Below, piece by piece: positions 53,469 through 62,476 of a stretch of DNA of 64,000 nucleotides. Position 1 is the stretch's first letter. Each line of letters begins with the position of its first letter. The notes beneath the pieces were generated by a model that saw only the letters and a list, made by a program, of their open reading frames with translations, was not told the origin of the DNA and did no database searches. The position numbers and the translations under genes are program-made. The stretch is from Eubacteriales bacterium (GTDB lineage Bacteria > Bacillota > Clostridia > Oscillospirales > CAG-272): assembly GCA_045634385.1 (NCBI GenBank), contig JAZRAE010000049.1, forward strand, positions 5,453 to 69,452, given 5' to 3'.

Positions 53469-53720
53469 ATTTTCCTCCTTTCGTGTCTCTCACACCATTA
53501 TAACGACAATCGAAAATCGAAATTTGAGAATTTCGATGGTGAATCATTGCTTTACTAACAAGTTTCATTAGTAACTTGTCGAATTATGTTTCAATAATAT
53601 AGAGATAAAAAGCTTTTATGCTGTCTTCTATGATCATTATAAACGTTTCAAGCAAAAGTGTTAAAATGTGTTCCTATATATTATAAATATATAAAGGGAT
53701 ATTATTTCATTTTTTAAAAA

Positions 53721-54656
53721 TTAAACTATTGAAATGCCAATAAGATCCGCAAGAAGTCCGAAAGCTGCGCCCACAGCAATGAGAAGCAACATAATAAATA
53801 CGTTTTGTATGGGGCGCTTGTTCATTTTGAAGAGCACGAGCAATCCGACACCCGAGCCTGCAAACAGACCGGACATCATAGCACCTGTTGAAATTACTCC
53901 GCTCATAGCAAGCTTTGTAAGTGCAATAGATGATGCGCAGTTAGGTATAAGACCAACTATAGCCGAAATAATATGGCTGACAAAGGGAGATGCAAACAGC
54001 GAACCGGAAAGAGCAGACTCTCCAACGAAGAAGAACAGCGCATTTATCCCCGCAGTTATGAGAAATACAAAGAGAGATACGCTAAGAGTACGCTTCACGG
54101 TAGCGACAAATATGCCATCATCACCGCAACTGCAATCATCTATATCATCAATGTACATATCATTTTCATACATTCCGATAACTCTCATAGCAATATCTAT
54201 CAGAAGACCAACTGCTATTCCAACCGCGCATTTGTAAATAATTATTGGCAATAATTTGTTTATATTAACATTTCCGGCGATAAGTATCGGCAGCATCTCA
54301 TCGGATGTTGAGAGAAAAACCGCAATTAACGTGCCGAAAGTTATTACTCGTCCCGAATAAAGATTTGCCGCAGCAGCCGAGAATCCGCACTGTGGAACTG
54401 CACCGAAAACGCCGCCAACGATAGGACCGAAGATGCCCGCTTTATTCATAGTGGACTTCAAGCCGTCAGACGCCACGTGTTCGACAAACTCCATAAAAAG
54501 ATATGTAAAGAACAGGAATAAAACAAGCTTCAAAGTATCTGTAAAGCTATGTATTAAAACCTCGTCAAGAAACTCGCCGAATCTGCCGAGCTTATCCGAG
54601 AGCATCTCACCTATTGAACTGTGAGATGAACCGTCAATGTGTAAAAATGATGTCAT
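53721..54656 (-). CDS. polytopic permease, putative heavy-metal exporter (ArsP_2-like)
   Basis: About 10 TM segments. GAVPQCGFSAAAANLY and a second IPNCASS repeat resemble, from memory, the ArsP_2 family. Acidic CxC loop DDIDDCSCGDDG. ATGA overlap with the Fur-like gene. Confidence 0.5.
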   Translation of the reverse strand: MTSFLHIDGSSHSSIGEMLSDKLGRFGEFLDEVLIHSFTDTLKLVLFLFFTYLFMEFVEHVASDGLKSTMNKAGIFGPIVGGVFGAVPQCGFSAAAANLYSGRVITFGTLIAVFLSTSDEMLPILIAGNVNINKLLPIIIYKCAVGIAVGLLIDIAMRVIGMYENDMYIDDIDDCSCGDDGIFVATVKRTLSVSLFVFLITAGINALFFFVGESALSGSLFASPFVSHIISAIVGLIPNCASSIALTKLAMSGVISTGAMMSGLFAGSGVGLLVLFKMNKRPIQNVFIMLLLIAVGAAFGLLADLIGISIV

Positions 54657-55048
54657 GTTGTTACCTCCGTACACTCTTTGCATTTTCCGTAGATGAAGCT
54701 CCCTTCCTCAATGCTGAATCCGCCGAGTGATAATATTTTTTTCTCAAATGCGCGAGTCGTATTTTCGTCAAGATGAATGAGCTTTCCGCAGCCGTTGCAC
54801 TTTAGGTGCATATGTTTGTGACAATGCTCATCACCGACGTACTGATACGTGCAGTGCCTGGTCTTACCGTCCGACAGCCGTCTTAAAACTCCCTCCCGGA
54901 CAAGCTCCGATATCAGCCTATACACCGTACTTTTTCCTCTTCCGTCATAAGTCACAGCCTCTGAAATTTCCTCTATGGTATATGACTTGTCATGGTTGTG
55001 GGATAAAAGCTCGGTTATCAGTTCTTTTTTTCCTGTTGAATAACCCAT
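54653..55048 (-). CDS. Fur-family metalloregulator (specificity unknown)
   Basis: Winged HTH KSTVYRLISELVREGVL, HCHKHMHLKCNGCG and C-terminal CKEC. 131 aa. Confidence 0.8.
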   Translation of the reverse strand: MGYSTGKKELITELLSHNHDKSYTIEEISEAVTYDGRGKSTVYRLISELVREGVLRRLSDGKTRHCTYQYVGDEHCHKHMHLKCNGCGKLIHLDENTTRAFEKKILSLGGFSIEEGSFIYGKCKECTEVTT

Positions 55049-55064
55049 ATTTTCTCCACTTAAA

Positions 55065-55079
55065 TGAGAATTACTCTCA
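55065..55079. promoter_or_regulatory. Fur-family 7-1-7 operator (putative autoregulatory site)
   Basis: TGAGAAT-T-ACTCTCA (6/7 inverted repeat), lying between the -10 and the RBS of the Fur-like gene. Confidence 0.5.
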
Positions 55080-55091
55080 ATTTTCTTCTTT

Positions 55092-55120
55092 ATGATACAT
55101 CAATTTGATCCTCTTGTCAA
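55092..55120 (-). promoter_or_regulatory. promoter of the Fur-like/permease operon
   Basis: The minus strand reads TTGACA-N17-TATCAT. Confidence 0.5.
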
Positions 55121-55149
55121 TGCCTTTTTTCTTGTTTTTAATATTTTAA

Positions 55150-55178
55150 TTGACAATACGCGCGTTTCATGATAAAAT
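55150..55178 (+). promoter_or_regulatory. promoter of the AEC transporter gene
   Basis: TTGACA-N17-TAAAAT. Confidence 0.5.
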
Positions 55179-55206
55179 ATTTACATATTATACACAAGGA
55201 GACGAT

Positions 55207-56220
55207 ATGCAAATTACCGACCTAATCCTTAACGTAGCAATACTCTTTATAATGATGGTGCCAGGAGTCATAATGAAAAAGTGCGGATTTTGTTCCGATT
55301 CTTTCGGCAAGGGCATCTCAAACCTCGTTTTATACATTGCCCAGCCCTGTCTGATAGTATACGCCTATCTCTCTTGTAATGCCAGCTTCAAGGATATATG
55401 GCTTGGATGTCTTATGACATTCATCCTTTCTTTTGTCGCACACTTAATCTTTACTGCGGTTGCTCTGCCTGTGTTTAAAAAAGCCCCAGACGGTGCGTGC
55501 AGGATGCTTCGCTTTGCCACGATATTCTCTAACGCGGCATTTATGGGTATTCCTTTGATCCAGGCAATTATTGCCGATCCCACAGCTGCAATCTACGCAT
55601 CAATATATAACATCACCTTCAATCTCTTTCTTTGGACACTTGGTGTAAAGCTATGTACAGATGAGCTTCCTCATATGCACAACGATGAAGACTGCGAATG
55701 CCACGAAGAGCTCACCGCGGCATCCGAGATATCTGTAAAGAAGGTTATATTTCATCCTGTAACTCTCGCATCCTTGATCGGCGTTATACTTATGATATTC
55801 GGTGTTAACAATTCGCTTTTAGCATCCGTGCATCTGTCTATTATTTCCGACAGTCTTCTGATGCTGAAGAATCTCGTTGCACCACTGTCAATGGTGGTTA
55901 TCGGCTTAAGACTCGCGGATATTAATCTTAACGGCTTCTTCAATGACGTATATATGTACCTATTCCTCGTTCTCCGTCACCTCGCCCTGCCCGTGCTTAC
56001 CGTCCTTGTGATGAAGTTGATTTCACTCTTCCTTCCTATTACCGATACGGTCGCCCTCGTTATAGCAATTATGGCATCCGCGCCAGCAGCAACAAGCGCA
56101 ACGATGTTTGCCGAAAAATACGACTGCGACGCACCATACGTATCAAGGCTTGTTACGGTATCAACTATACTCTGCATTGCTACAATGCCGATTGCCGTAA
56201 TACTTGTTCAAGCTTTATAA
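55207..56220 (+). CDS. AEC (auxin efflux carrier) family transporter
   Basis: 10 TM segments in two halves. Central hydrophilic loop with HMHNDEDCECHEE. Start set at MQITDLILN after AAGGAGA. Confidence 0.8.
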   Translation: MQITDLILNVAILFIMMVPGVIMKKCGFCSDSFGKGISNLVLYIAQPCLIVYAYLSCNASFKDIWLGCLMTFILSFVAHLIFTAVALPVFKKAPDGACRMLRFATIFSNAAFMGIPLIQAIIADPTAAIYASIYNITFNLFLWTLGVKLCTDELPHMHNDEDCECHEELTAASEISVKKVIFHPVTLASLIGVILMIFGVNNSLLASVHLSIISDSLLMLKNLVAPLSMVVIGLRLADINLNGFFNDVYMYLFLVLRHLALPVLTVLVMKLISLFLPITDTVALVIAIMASAPAATSATMFAEKYDCDAPYVSRLVTVSTILCIATMPIAVILVQAL

Positions 56221-56228
56221 AAAATATA

Positions 56229-56266
56229 AGATGCTTCAGGCTTTAACCGTCGGGAGCATCTTTTTT
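56229..56266 (+). terminator. terminator after the AEC transporter gene
   Basis: AGATGCTTC-N15-GGGAGCATCT followed by TTTTTT. Confidence 0.65.
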
Positions 56267-56383
56267 CGCAACTTTTTTTAGCAAGCATTCAAACCGAACG
56301 ACACAATTTTTATACCGAACGGAAAATCTGTCTTGATTTCAGGACACCCTATCAACTAAAATAGATATAAAGGGAGAAAGACT

Positions 56384-56824
56384 ATGAAGTACACTTTACA
56401 TATTACAGATGAATTCGATGAGGAAATAATCATATACGCAAGACAAAAAAACGAACTTATAGATGAAATAGAACGGCTGATTAATGCCAAAAAACAAAAC
56501 ACGCCCCCGCTTATAGGATATATAAACAACGATATTATTGAAATCAAGCCCGAGGAAGTATACTGTTTTTACATTGAAAATAAAAAGCTGTTTGCTTCCT
56601 TAATAAGGGGTGATGCTCTAATAAAAAGAAGGCTGTACGAGATAGAAGAAATATTGGGTAATGACTTTGTAAAAATCAATCAATCTACCATTGCAAATAT
56701 GAAGCTTGTCGACCATTTCAGCGTATCAATAGGTGCATCTCTAACAGTACATTTTAAAAACGTGAGGCACGACTACGTTTCGCGCAGGCAGATGAAATCC
56801 GTCAAGGAAAGGTTAGGTATTTAA
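56384..56824 (+). CDS. LytTR-domain DNA-binding protein (no receiver domain)
   Basis: The C-terminal FVKINQSTIANMKLV...SRRQMKSVKERL matches a LytTR fold. 146 aa. Confidence 0.8.
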   Translation: MKYTLHITDEFDEEIIIYARQKNELIDEIERLINAKKQNTPPLIGYINNDIIEIKPEEVYCFYIENKKLFASLIRGDALIKRRLYEIEEILGNDFVKINQSTIANMKLVDHFSVSIGASLTVHFKNVRHDYVSRRQMKSVKERLGI

Positions 56825-56825
56825 G

Positions 56826-57239
56826 ATGAAAAAGTATTTAAAGCAATTTCTGCACAGAGGTTTAGTTTTCGGCGGCTTCGGCCCTATAATTATCGGCATA
56901 GTTTTCTTTTTCATTGAGCTGAGCGGCACGGATCTTAACCTTCGAGGAATCGATATATTACTTGCGATCACTTCAGCCTACATCCTCGCATTTGTCCAAG
57001 CGGGAGCTTCGGTATTTAATCAGATAGAGGATTGGCCGTTAACAAAGTCGCTGCTCTGCCATTTTTCCTCTCTCTTTGCCGTTTACTCACTTACCTATAT
57101 GCTTAACTCCTGGATTCCATTTGAGCTTCATGCATTGCTTATTTTCTTCCTCGTGTTTGCGGTAATCTACTTTGCAATATGGATTACCGTATATCTTTGC
57201 GTCAAGACATACTCAAAAAAGCTTAATTCAAGGCTGTAA
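56826..57239 (+). CDS. DUF3021-like membrane protein (usual partner of stand-alone LytTR regulators)
   Basis: 137 aa, 4 TM segments, starts 2 nt after the LytTR stop. Confidence 0.7.
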   Translation: MKKYLKQFLHRGLVFGGFGPIIIGIVFFFIELSGTDLNLRGIDILLAITSAYILAFVQAGASVFNQIEDWPLTKSLLCHFSSLFAVYSLTYMLNSWIPFELHALLIFFLVFAVIYFAIWITVYLCVKTYSKKLNSRL

Positions 57240-57409
57240 CTCATATTGATATTATAAGGTTCGTTTGTTTTTATCCCCGCTTCTTCACTAAAACCAATCG
57301 AAAAAACCACCGTTAAAAGGGTTGAAAAATATTCTGCCGTAAAATTTACTTTTAAAACAGATTTATTGCAAAAAACTTTACATTTCGCCGTTTATTTTGT
57401 AAACGTTAC

Positions 57410-57438
57410 TTGACTATTTTGTGTATTTGTGATACAAT
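57410..57438 (+). promoter_or_regulatory. promoter of the TasA-like/SGNH gene
   Basis: TTGACT-N17-TACAAT with a TGn extension. Confidence 0.5.
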
Positions 57439-57476
57439 AGATGCATTACGGCATAAAATATGGAGAAAAATAAACT

Positions 57477-59942
57477 GTGAACAATTCAAAGCTTATTCGC
57501 AGATCACTGATATACAGTGTTATCTCTTTAACATTGTGCTTCACCATGCTTGTAGGTTCTACCTTTGCCTGGTTTACTTCTACCGTAACGAGTGAGAATA
57601 ATATTATTCAAACCGGTACTTTAGACGTAGCAATGTCATACAAAGAGATCGGCGATACAGAATATAAAGATGCTTCCAACGGTACGATTTTCAAATCCGA
57701 CCTATGGGAACCGGGTTGTATCGATGCTAAAATTTTAAAAATTGAAAATCTTGGAAGTCTTGCATTTCAGTACAAGCTCACGCTTTCCTCCGACGTCAAT
57801 ACGCAGTCTCGAGAGCCGAATCTTGCTGACGTAATCGACGTATATATATTTGATACAAATCAAACAGTAACTCGCGATCTTATTGACAATTCAACACCAT
57901 ACGGTACGCTAAGCGATATACTCAACGTTTCAAATGGATTTATAAACGGAGTCCTTTTGCCATCCGGCAAAACGGGTGATTTCCCATCCGGATCCATTGA
58001 ATATTGCCTTGTCTTGACAATGCACGACGACTTAGGAACTGAATATCAGAATCTAAGCGTAGGCAACGGTATATCCGTCAAGCTTCTTGCTACACAGTTT
58101 GCTTGGGAGAATGATTCATTTGATAATAGCTACGATCAGAACGGCAATACGGTTATAACCCGACAGAAGCGTATTCTGTCAAACGTTCTGACTGATCTGC
58201 CAGAGGGTTCATTGGCTACCGCCCCCGGCGTAGTTTTTAGCACTTCCCCGTATGCATATACCAACAAAAGTCTGTTTGCGGGCAAGCATATTACCAAAAT
58301 CGGAATTCCTGTAAAAACAGTTCAGGCTCTTGACGATAATCAGACCTTTACTCTCTCGGTTGTCAAGACAACGTCCGATACTTACCGATACGTTTCACAG
58401 AATGTGATAACACTCCCGAAGGAATCGTTAGGTGACTCTACTACAGTAAACAAATGGATCTACGTTGACGTCGATCTTCATCTAATGGAGGACGAAACTC
58501 TTGCATTCGGTATGCCTACCGATACAGTATCGTGGGGATATGCAAAAACCAAGAATAGCACTTACACCTTCCGATCCGCAACCGGCGGATGGAATTCTTA
58601 TATAAACGAGTCTATTCTCTTCGACGTGTACGCTACAGAAACTCTTGAGTTTACACAAACCGAGTACGGACTCGCTCATGTTACCACCGGCAGCGCACTT
58701 TCATGTGTGCTTGTTGATTTCCCCGAAAGCGCAATTTCAGGCGGTAATGACGTAGAATTCTCCACACCTCCCTACTCTTACGTTGATCAAACACTTTTCT
58801 CGGGCTCAAGAGTGCTTAAAATCGGTATCCCGGTAAAAAGAGTAAAAGCCCTTGACAACAACCAGACCTTCACTCTCTCCGTAATAAAAACATCAGGCAC
58901 AGCAACAGCAAACACGAGCGCATATCAGTACGTAAGCCAAAAAACCTATACACTTCCCCTCGAGCAACTCGGCGATAGCACTACCGTCAACAAGTGGGTA
59001 TATATTGACGTGGACATTCAGCTTGCAGAAGATGAAACCTTAGCATTCGGCGGTAAAGATGATACCGTTGTTTGGGGATGGAAAAGCGGATACTCTAACA
59101 GCACATACGCTTTCCGCAATTCGAATGGAAACGTATCACGGGGAATCTTCTTTGATGTTAAGATAGAAAAGGTTTACACCTACGAGGAATACCTGAGAGA
59201 ACTAAAGGAGGAGCAAGACCGACTTGAGGCCGAGCAGGAGCAGGCACGAATCGAGGCACAGCTCCGGGAAATATTATCAGGAAAAGGTATCTCTTTCCTT
59301 GGCGACAGTATTTCTACATACAGCGGTTGGTCAAATAACACATCATACAACTCAACCATCGGCTCAAACGCCGTTTATTACACGGGTAATAATTATGGCT
59401 TCACCAATGTAAACGAAACCTGGTGGATGCAAGCTGTTAACCGTTCCGGTCTTGAACTTGTTGTAAACAACTCCTGGTCGGGCGACGAGGTTACAAACCG
59501 AGGCGTTTCCCGCGCGCAACAGCTTCACAACAACTCGGGAACCGAACCGGATATTATTGCCGTATATTTGGGAATAAACGACTTCCGCAGAGCAAAAACC
59601 GTGGAAGCATTCGAAGCTAAATATGAGGAAATGATTGTAAGCATGATGAATACCTACGAAAACAAGGATATTTATCTGTTTACTCTGGTTTATACTACAA
59701 ACCTTGAAAGCTCGAGCGTCAACTCCGCTGACGTTGTGAATTTTAATGAAGTTATCAAAAATATCGCAAACAAGTATGGTTGTACACTCGTAGACATCTA
59801 CAACGATACAGGCATTAACAAAGACAACCTTGCAACCTATATGTGTGACAGCACTCTTCACCCAAATTACTTGGGTATGGATAAAATAACCGAATGCTTT
59901 ATGAACGCGCTGATAAGAAACTATATTACCAACGCGGCATAA
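57477..59942 (+). CDS. secreted multidomain protein: SipW-type signal/TasA-camelysin-like domain, two copies of an unknown roughly 120-aa repeat, coiled coil, C-terminal SGNH/GDSL hydrolase
   Basis: GTG start after GGAGAAAA. Signal region ..LVGSTFAWFTSTVTSENNIIQTGTLDV (TasA/CalY type). LKIENLGSL and LLATQF blocks. Repeats at 58227..58586 and 58749..59129. SGNH blocks FLGDSIS, GINDF and DSTLHPN. Confidence 0.7.
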   Translation: MNNSKLIRRSLIYSVISLTLCFTMLVGSTFAWFTSTVTSENNIIQTGTLDVAMSYKEIGDTEYKDASNGTIFKSDLWEPGCIDAKILKIENLGSLAFQYKLTLSSDVNTQSREPNLADVIDVYIFDTNQTVTRDLIDNSTPYGTLSDILNVSNGFINGVLLPSGKTGDFPSGSIEYCLVLTMHDDLGTEYQNLSVGNGISVKLLATQFAWENDSFDNSYDQNGNTVITRQKRILSNVLTDLPEGSLATAPGVVFSTSPYAYTNKSLFAGKHITKIGIPVKTVQALDDNQTFTLSVVKTTSDTYRYVSQNVITLPKESLGDSTTVNKWIYVDVDLHLMEDETLAFGMPTDTVSWGYAKTKNSTYTFRSATGGWNSYINESILFDVYATETLEFTQTEYGLAHVTTGSALSCVLVDFPESAISGGNDVEFSTPPYSYVDQTLFSGSRVLKIGIPVKRVKALDNNQTFTLSVIKTSGTATANTSAYQYVSQKTYTLPLEQLGDSTTVNKWVYIDVDIQLAEDETLAFGGKDDTVVWGWKSGYSNSTYAFRNSNGNVSRGIFFDVKIEKVYTYEEYLRELKEEQDRLEAEQEQARIEAQLREILSGKGISFLGDSISTYSGWSNNTSYNSTIGSNAVYYTGNNYGFTNVNETWWMQAVNRSGLELVVNNSWSGDEVTNRGVSRAQQLHNNSGTEPDIIAVYLGINDFRRAKTVEAFEAKYEEMIVSMMNTYENKDIYLFTLVYTTNLESSSVNSADVVNFNEVIKNIANKYGCTLVDIYNDTGINKDNLATYMCDSTLHPNYLGMDKITECFMNALIRNYITNAA
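58227..59129 (+). repeat. two diverged in-frame copies of a roughly 120-aa module inside the TasA-like/SGNH gene (58227..58586 and 58749..59129)
   Basis: FSTSPYAYTNKSLFAGKHITKIGIPVKTVQALDDNQTFTLSVVKT...LGDSTTVNKWIYVDVDLHLMEDETLAFG aligns with FSTPPYSYVDQTLFSGSRVLKIGIPVKRVKALDNNQTFTLSVIKT...LGDSTTVNKWVYIDVDIQLAEDETLAFG. Confidence 0.9.
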
Positions 59943-60005
59943 AGAGACATAATCTTGTATGCTATTCGGTAAACAACGCTGTGTCTAACGTAATGTTGCA
60001 CACAA

Positions 60006-60058
60006 AATAAACAAGGCCGACCCGGACTGTACTATGGTTCAGGTTGGCCTTGTTTATT
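60006..60058. terminator. bidirectional terminator between the TasA-like/SGNH gene and the Gfo/Idh/MocA gene
   Basis: 17-bp stem AATAAACAAGGCCGACC/GGTTGGCCTTGTTTATT. Confidence 0.8.
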
Positions 60059-60135
60059 ATTTATATTATCTGTTTATTCACTCGAGGGCATAGCAAGTAT
60101 TTTTATATTTTCGCTTTTAGCAAACTAATAAAAAA

Positions 60136-61170
60136 CTACTTGTTTAATGTTGTTCTGCCTATTTTGTAAACTTTCATTATCATTCTGTGTGTTTTCAAAG
60201 CTTCTTCTCCGCTTATCTCAAGAGGCTCCAAGCCAAGGAGTGCATCGTAGAACTGTCTGATTTGTCTTACGTGGTGAAGCCCCCAGTAGTCCTTTCCGCC
60301 GCCATAACTAAGATGGACAAAGTCGGGATGAGCTTCCTCACATGTGCCGTCATTATAAGTTATGTAAGCATCGTCATAGCCAAAAATCGCCTTGCCGTTT
60401 TCACAGAACAGTCTTATCTCTATAGGCTCATCACAGCCGTAGTTGTTCATACAGTAGAAGCCGTACTTTACTCCATTTGTAAAAGTGATAAGCCCCTCTG
60501 CGCTATCCTCGACCTCGACCGTATCGTGACCTCTGTTTGCCATAGTACAGGAGATGCTCTCCACCTCTCCGTCAACCACCCATCTTACAAGATCTAAAGA
60601 GTGGATAGCCTGGTCGATAACAACTCCGCCGCCTTCCTTATCCCAAGTGCCCTTCCAATCGCTCTCGGAATAGTAATCATCAGGTCTTGACCAGGTAAGA
60701 GTTGAACGCGCGGAAATAACCTTTCCGAGTCTGCCGCTCGACACGGCATCCTTAACAAGCTTTGCGGAATTGTTGTATCTGCACTGGAAGATAACTCCAA
60801 ACTGAACTCCGCACTCTTTGGCGCGTTTTACAGCAAGCTCCGCGCTCTCAAGATCAATATCCATAGGCTTTTCCGTAAGGACGTGCACACCTCTTTCAAA
60901 GGCATAGATCGCCACTTCACAGTGAAGGTGGTGAGGTAAGCAGATATGTACCGCATCAAGCTCCTCTTTTTCAAACATTTCTTCATAAGAGGTATATGCT
61001 CGTCCGCCGTACTCTTTTGCGGCTTCCTCAGCCTTTTCCTTAACCTTGTCACAACAAGCAACAAGTTCTGTGCTTTCAAGTGATGCTATCGAAACAAGAT
61101 GCATAACCGAGATTCTTCCGCATCCTATGACGCCGACCTTAAAACTTTTATTTGTTTCGGACATTTTCAT
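60136..61170 (-). CDS. Gfo/Idh/MocA family oxidoreductase
   Basis: FKVGVIGCGRIS Rossmann start and the VLTEKP motif. Start set at MKMSETNK after AAGGAGAA. Confidence 0.8.
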   Translation of the reverse strand: MKMSETNKSFKVGVIGCGRISVMHLVSIASLESTELVACCDKVKEKAEEAAKEYGGRAYTSYEEMFEKEELDAVHICLPHHLHCEVAIYAFERGVHVLTEKPMDIDLESAELAVKRAKECGVQFGVIFQCRYNNSAKLVKDAVSSGRLGKVISARSTLTWSRPDDYYSESDWKGTWDKEGGGVVIDQAIHSLDLVRWVVDGEVESISCTMANRGHDTVEVEDSAEGLITFTNGVKYGFYCMNNYGCDEPIEIRLFCENGKAIFGYDDAYITYNDGTCEEAHPDFVHLSYGGGKDYWGLHHVRQIRQFYDALLGLEPLEISGEEALKTHRMIMKVYKIGRTTLNK

Positions 61171-61258
61171 TTCTCCTTGTCCTTGCTTTGTTTGTCGATT
61201 TATTATACCGCGCAAAATCAAGCATGTCAATAAGCAATTTAGTTTTTATAAAAATATT

Positions 61259-62476
61259 TTAAAGCAACGTGGGAATACTGTCTCCGCGCTCCACAGAAGC
61301 GAGGATCTGCTCGCAAAGAATCAAGCAGCGAAGCAGGTGATAAGGGCCTTTCCAAAGCGATCCCTTCTGCGTGTGAGATACCGTACCGTCACGGTGAAGG
61401 TATCCGTACCACTCACCAAACTCCTTGTCCGAGAAGTGCGAGAAGGTGTAATCGTGAACCTTATCGTAAAGAGCCTCATATCTGTCATCGCCCGTTATAA
61501 AATGTGCAGCCAGAGTTGCAATAAGGCACTCGTTATGCACCCACCACAGCTTCATATCGTGCTCAAGCTGCTCACAAGGACGGTCGAAAAGATCGCGAAA
61601 ATAATACACGCCCCCGAACTTATCATCCCATCCAAGTTCAAAATGCCAATTCATTATATTAAGCGCCTTCTCCATTAGATCCGGATTTTCCGTTAATCTT
61701 GCATAGTTCATCAAAAACCAGGAGTTCTCGATCGAGTGGCCTGGATTGATGACTCTGCCCGCGGGATTATCAAGTATTGATCCGTCAGTATAGACCGTTT
61801 CAAGAACGCACTTGTATTCCTCTTTGTAGTGGAGATTTATCATATCCGCAATAACGTCATTAATGATCACATCGTAATACTCGTGCTTTCCGCTTACGCG
61901 TCTTAGAGTTTGTGCCGAACTTATTAAAACCATCGGATATGCGTTAGAGCGCAAAGAACGAACCTCGGCATTCTCCTTTGGGGTAATCTTGAAAGGGTCG
62001 GATGACGGATCACGGTAGAGTCTGTACATCAGGTCAAAATACTTCTCCGCAAGGGCGAGATCCTCGGGATTTTTGCGAAGAAGATAATACTCCGCAAAAC
62101 CGACTACAAGAAAGCTCTCCGAGTAAAAATATCTTCTCTTACGAAGGGGTTTGCCGTCGCGAGTCACGGTAAAGAACATTCTACCGTCCGTGTCGATGCA
62201 ATGCTCCTTAATAAACCTTGCTCCGCTGTCCGCAGCTGCGGCACAATTCTCATTTATTCCGTAAGTGTTACAAATCTTAGAAAATGTCCAAAGGCATCTG
62301 CCCTGGAACCACACGCTCTTGTCGTCGTTGTACGATTTACCTTCTCTGTCAACGCTGGTAATAAATCCGCCGTACTCCTTGTCGATAAGGTCCGAATTTA
62401 ACCAAAAAGGCAAAACGTCGTTAAATAACGTATCGGAATAATATTTTCTTAACTCCTTTATTTTCTCAAGCTTCAT
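61259..62476 (-). CDS. AGE-family epimerase/isomerase (N-acylglucosamine 2-epimerase / cellobiose 2-epimerase-like)
   Basis: 405 aa (alpha/alpha)6 protein. N-terminal LFNDVLPFWLNS..DKEYGGF and WFQGRCLWTFS are typical of the family. Confidence 0.8.
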   Translation of the reverse strand: MKLEKIKELRKYYSDTLFNDVLPFWLNSDLIDKEYGGFITSVDREGKSYNDDKSVWFQGRCLWTFSKICNTYGINENCAAAADSGARFIKEHCIDTDGRMFFTVTRDGKPLRKRRYFYSESFLVVGFAEYYLLRKNPEDLALAEKYFDLMYRLYRDPSSDPFKITPKENAEVRSLRSNAYPMVLISSAQTLRRVSGKHEYYDVIINDVIADMINLHYKEEYKCVLETVYTDGSILDNPAGRVINPGHSIENSWFLMNYARLTENPDLMEKALNIMNWHFELGWDDKFGGVYYFRDLFDRPCEQLEHDMKLWWVHNECLIATLAAHFITGDDRYEALYDKVHDYTFSHFSDKEFGEWYGYLHRDGTVSHTQKGSLWKGPYHLLRCLILCEQILASVERGDSIPTLL

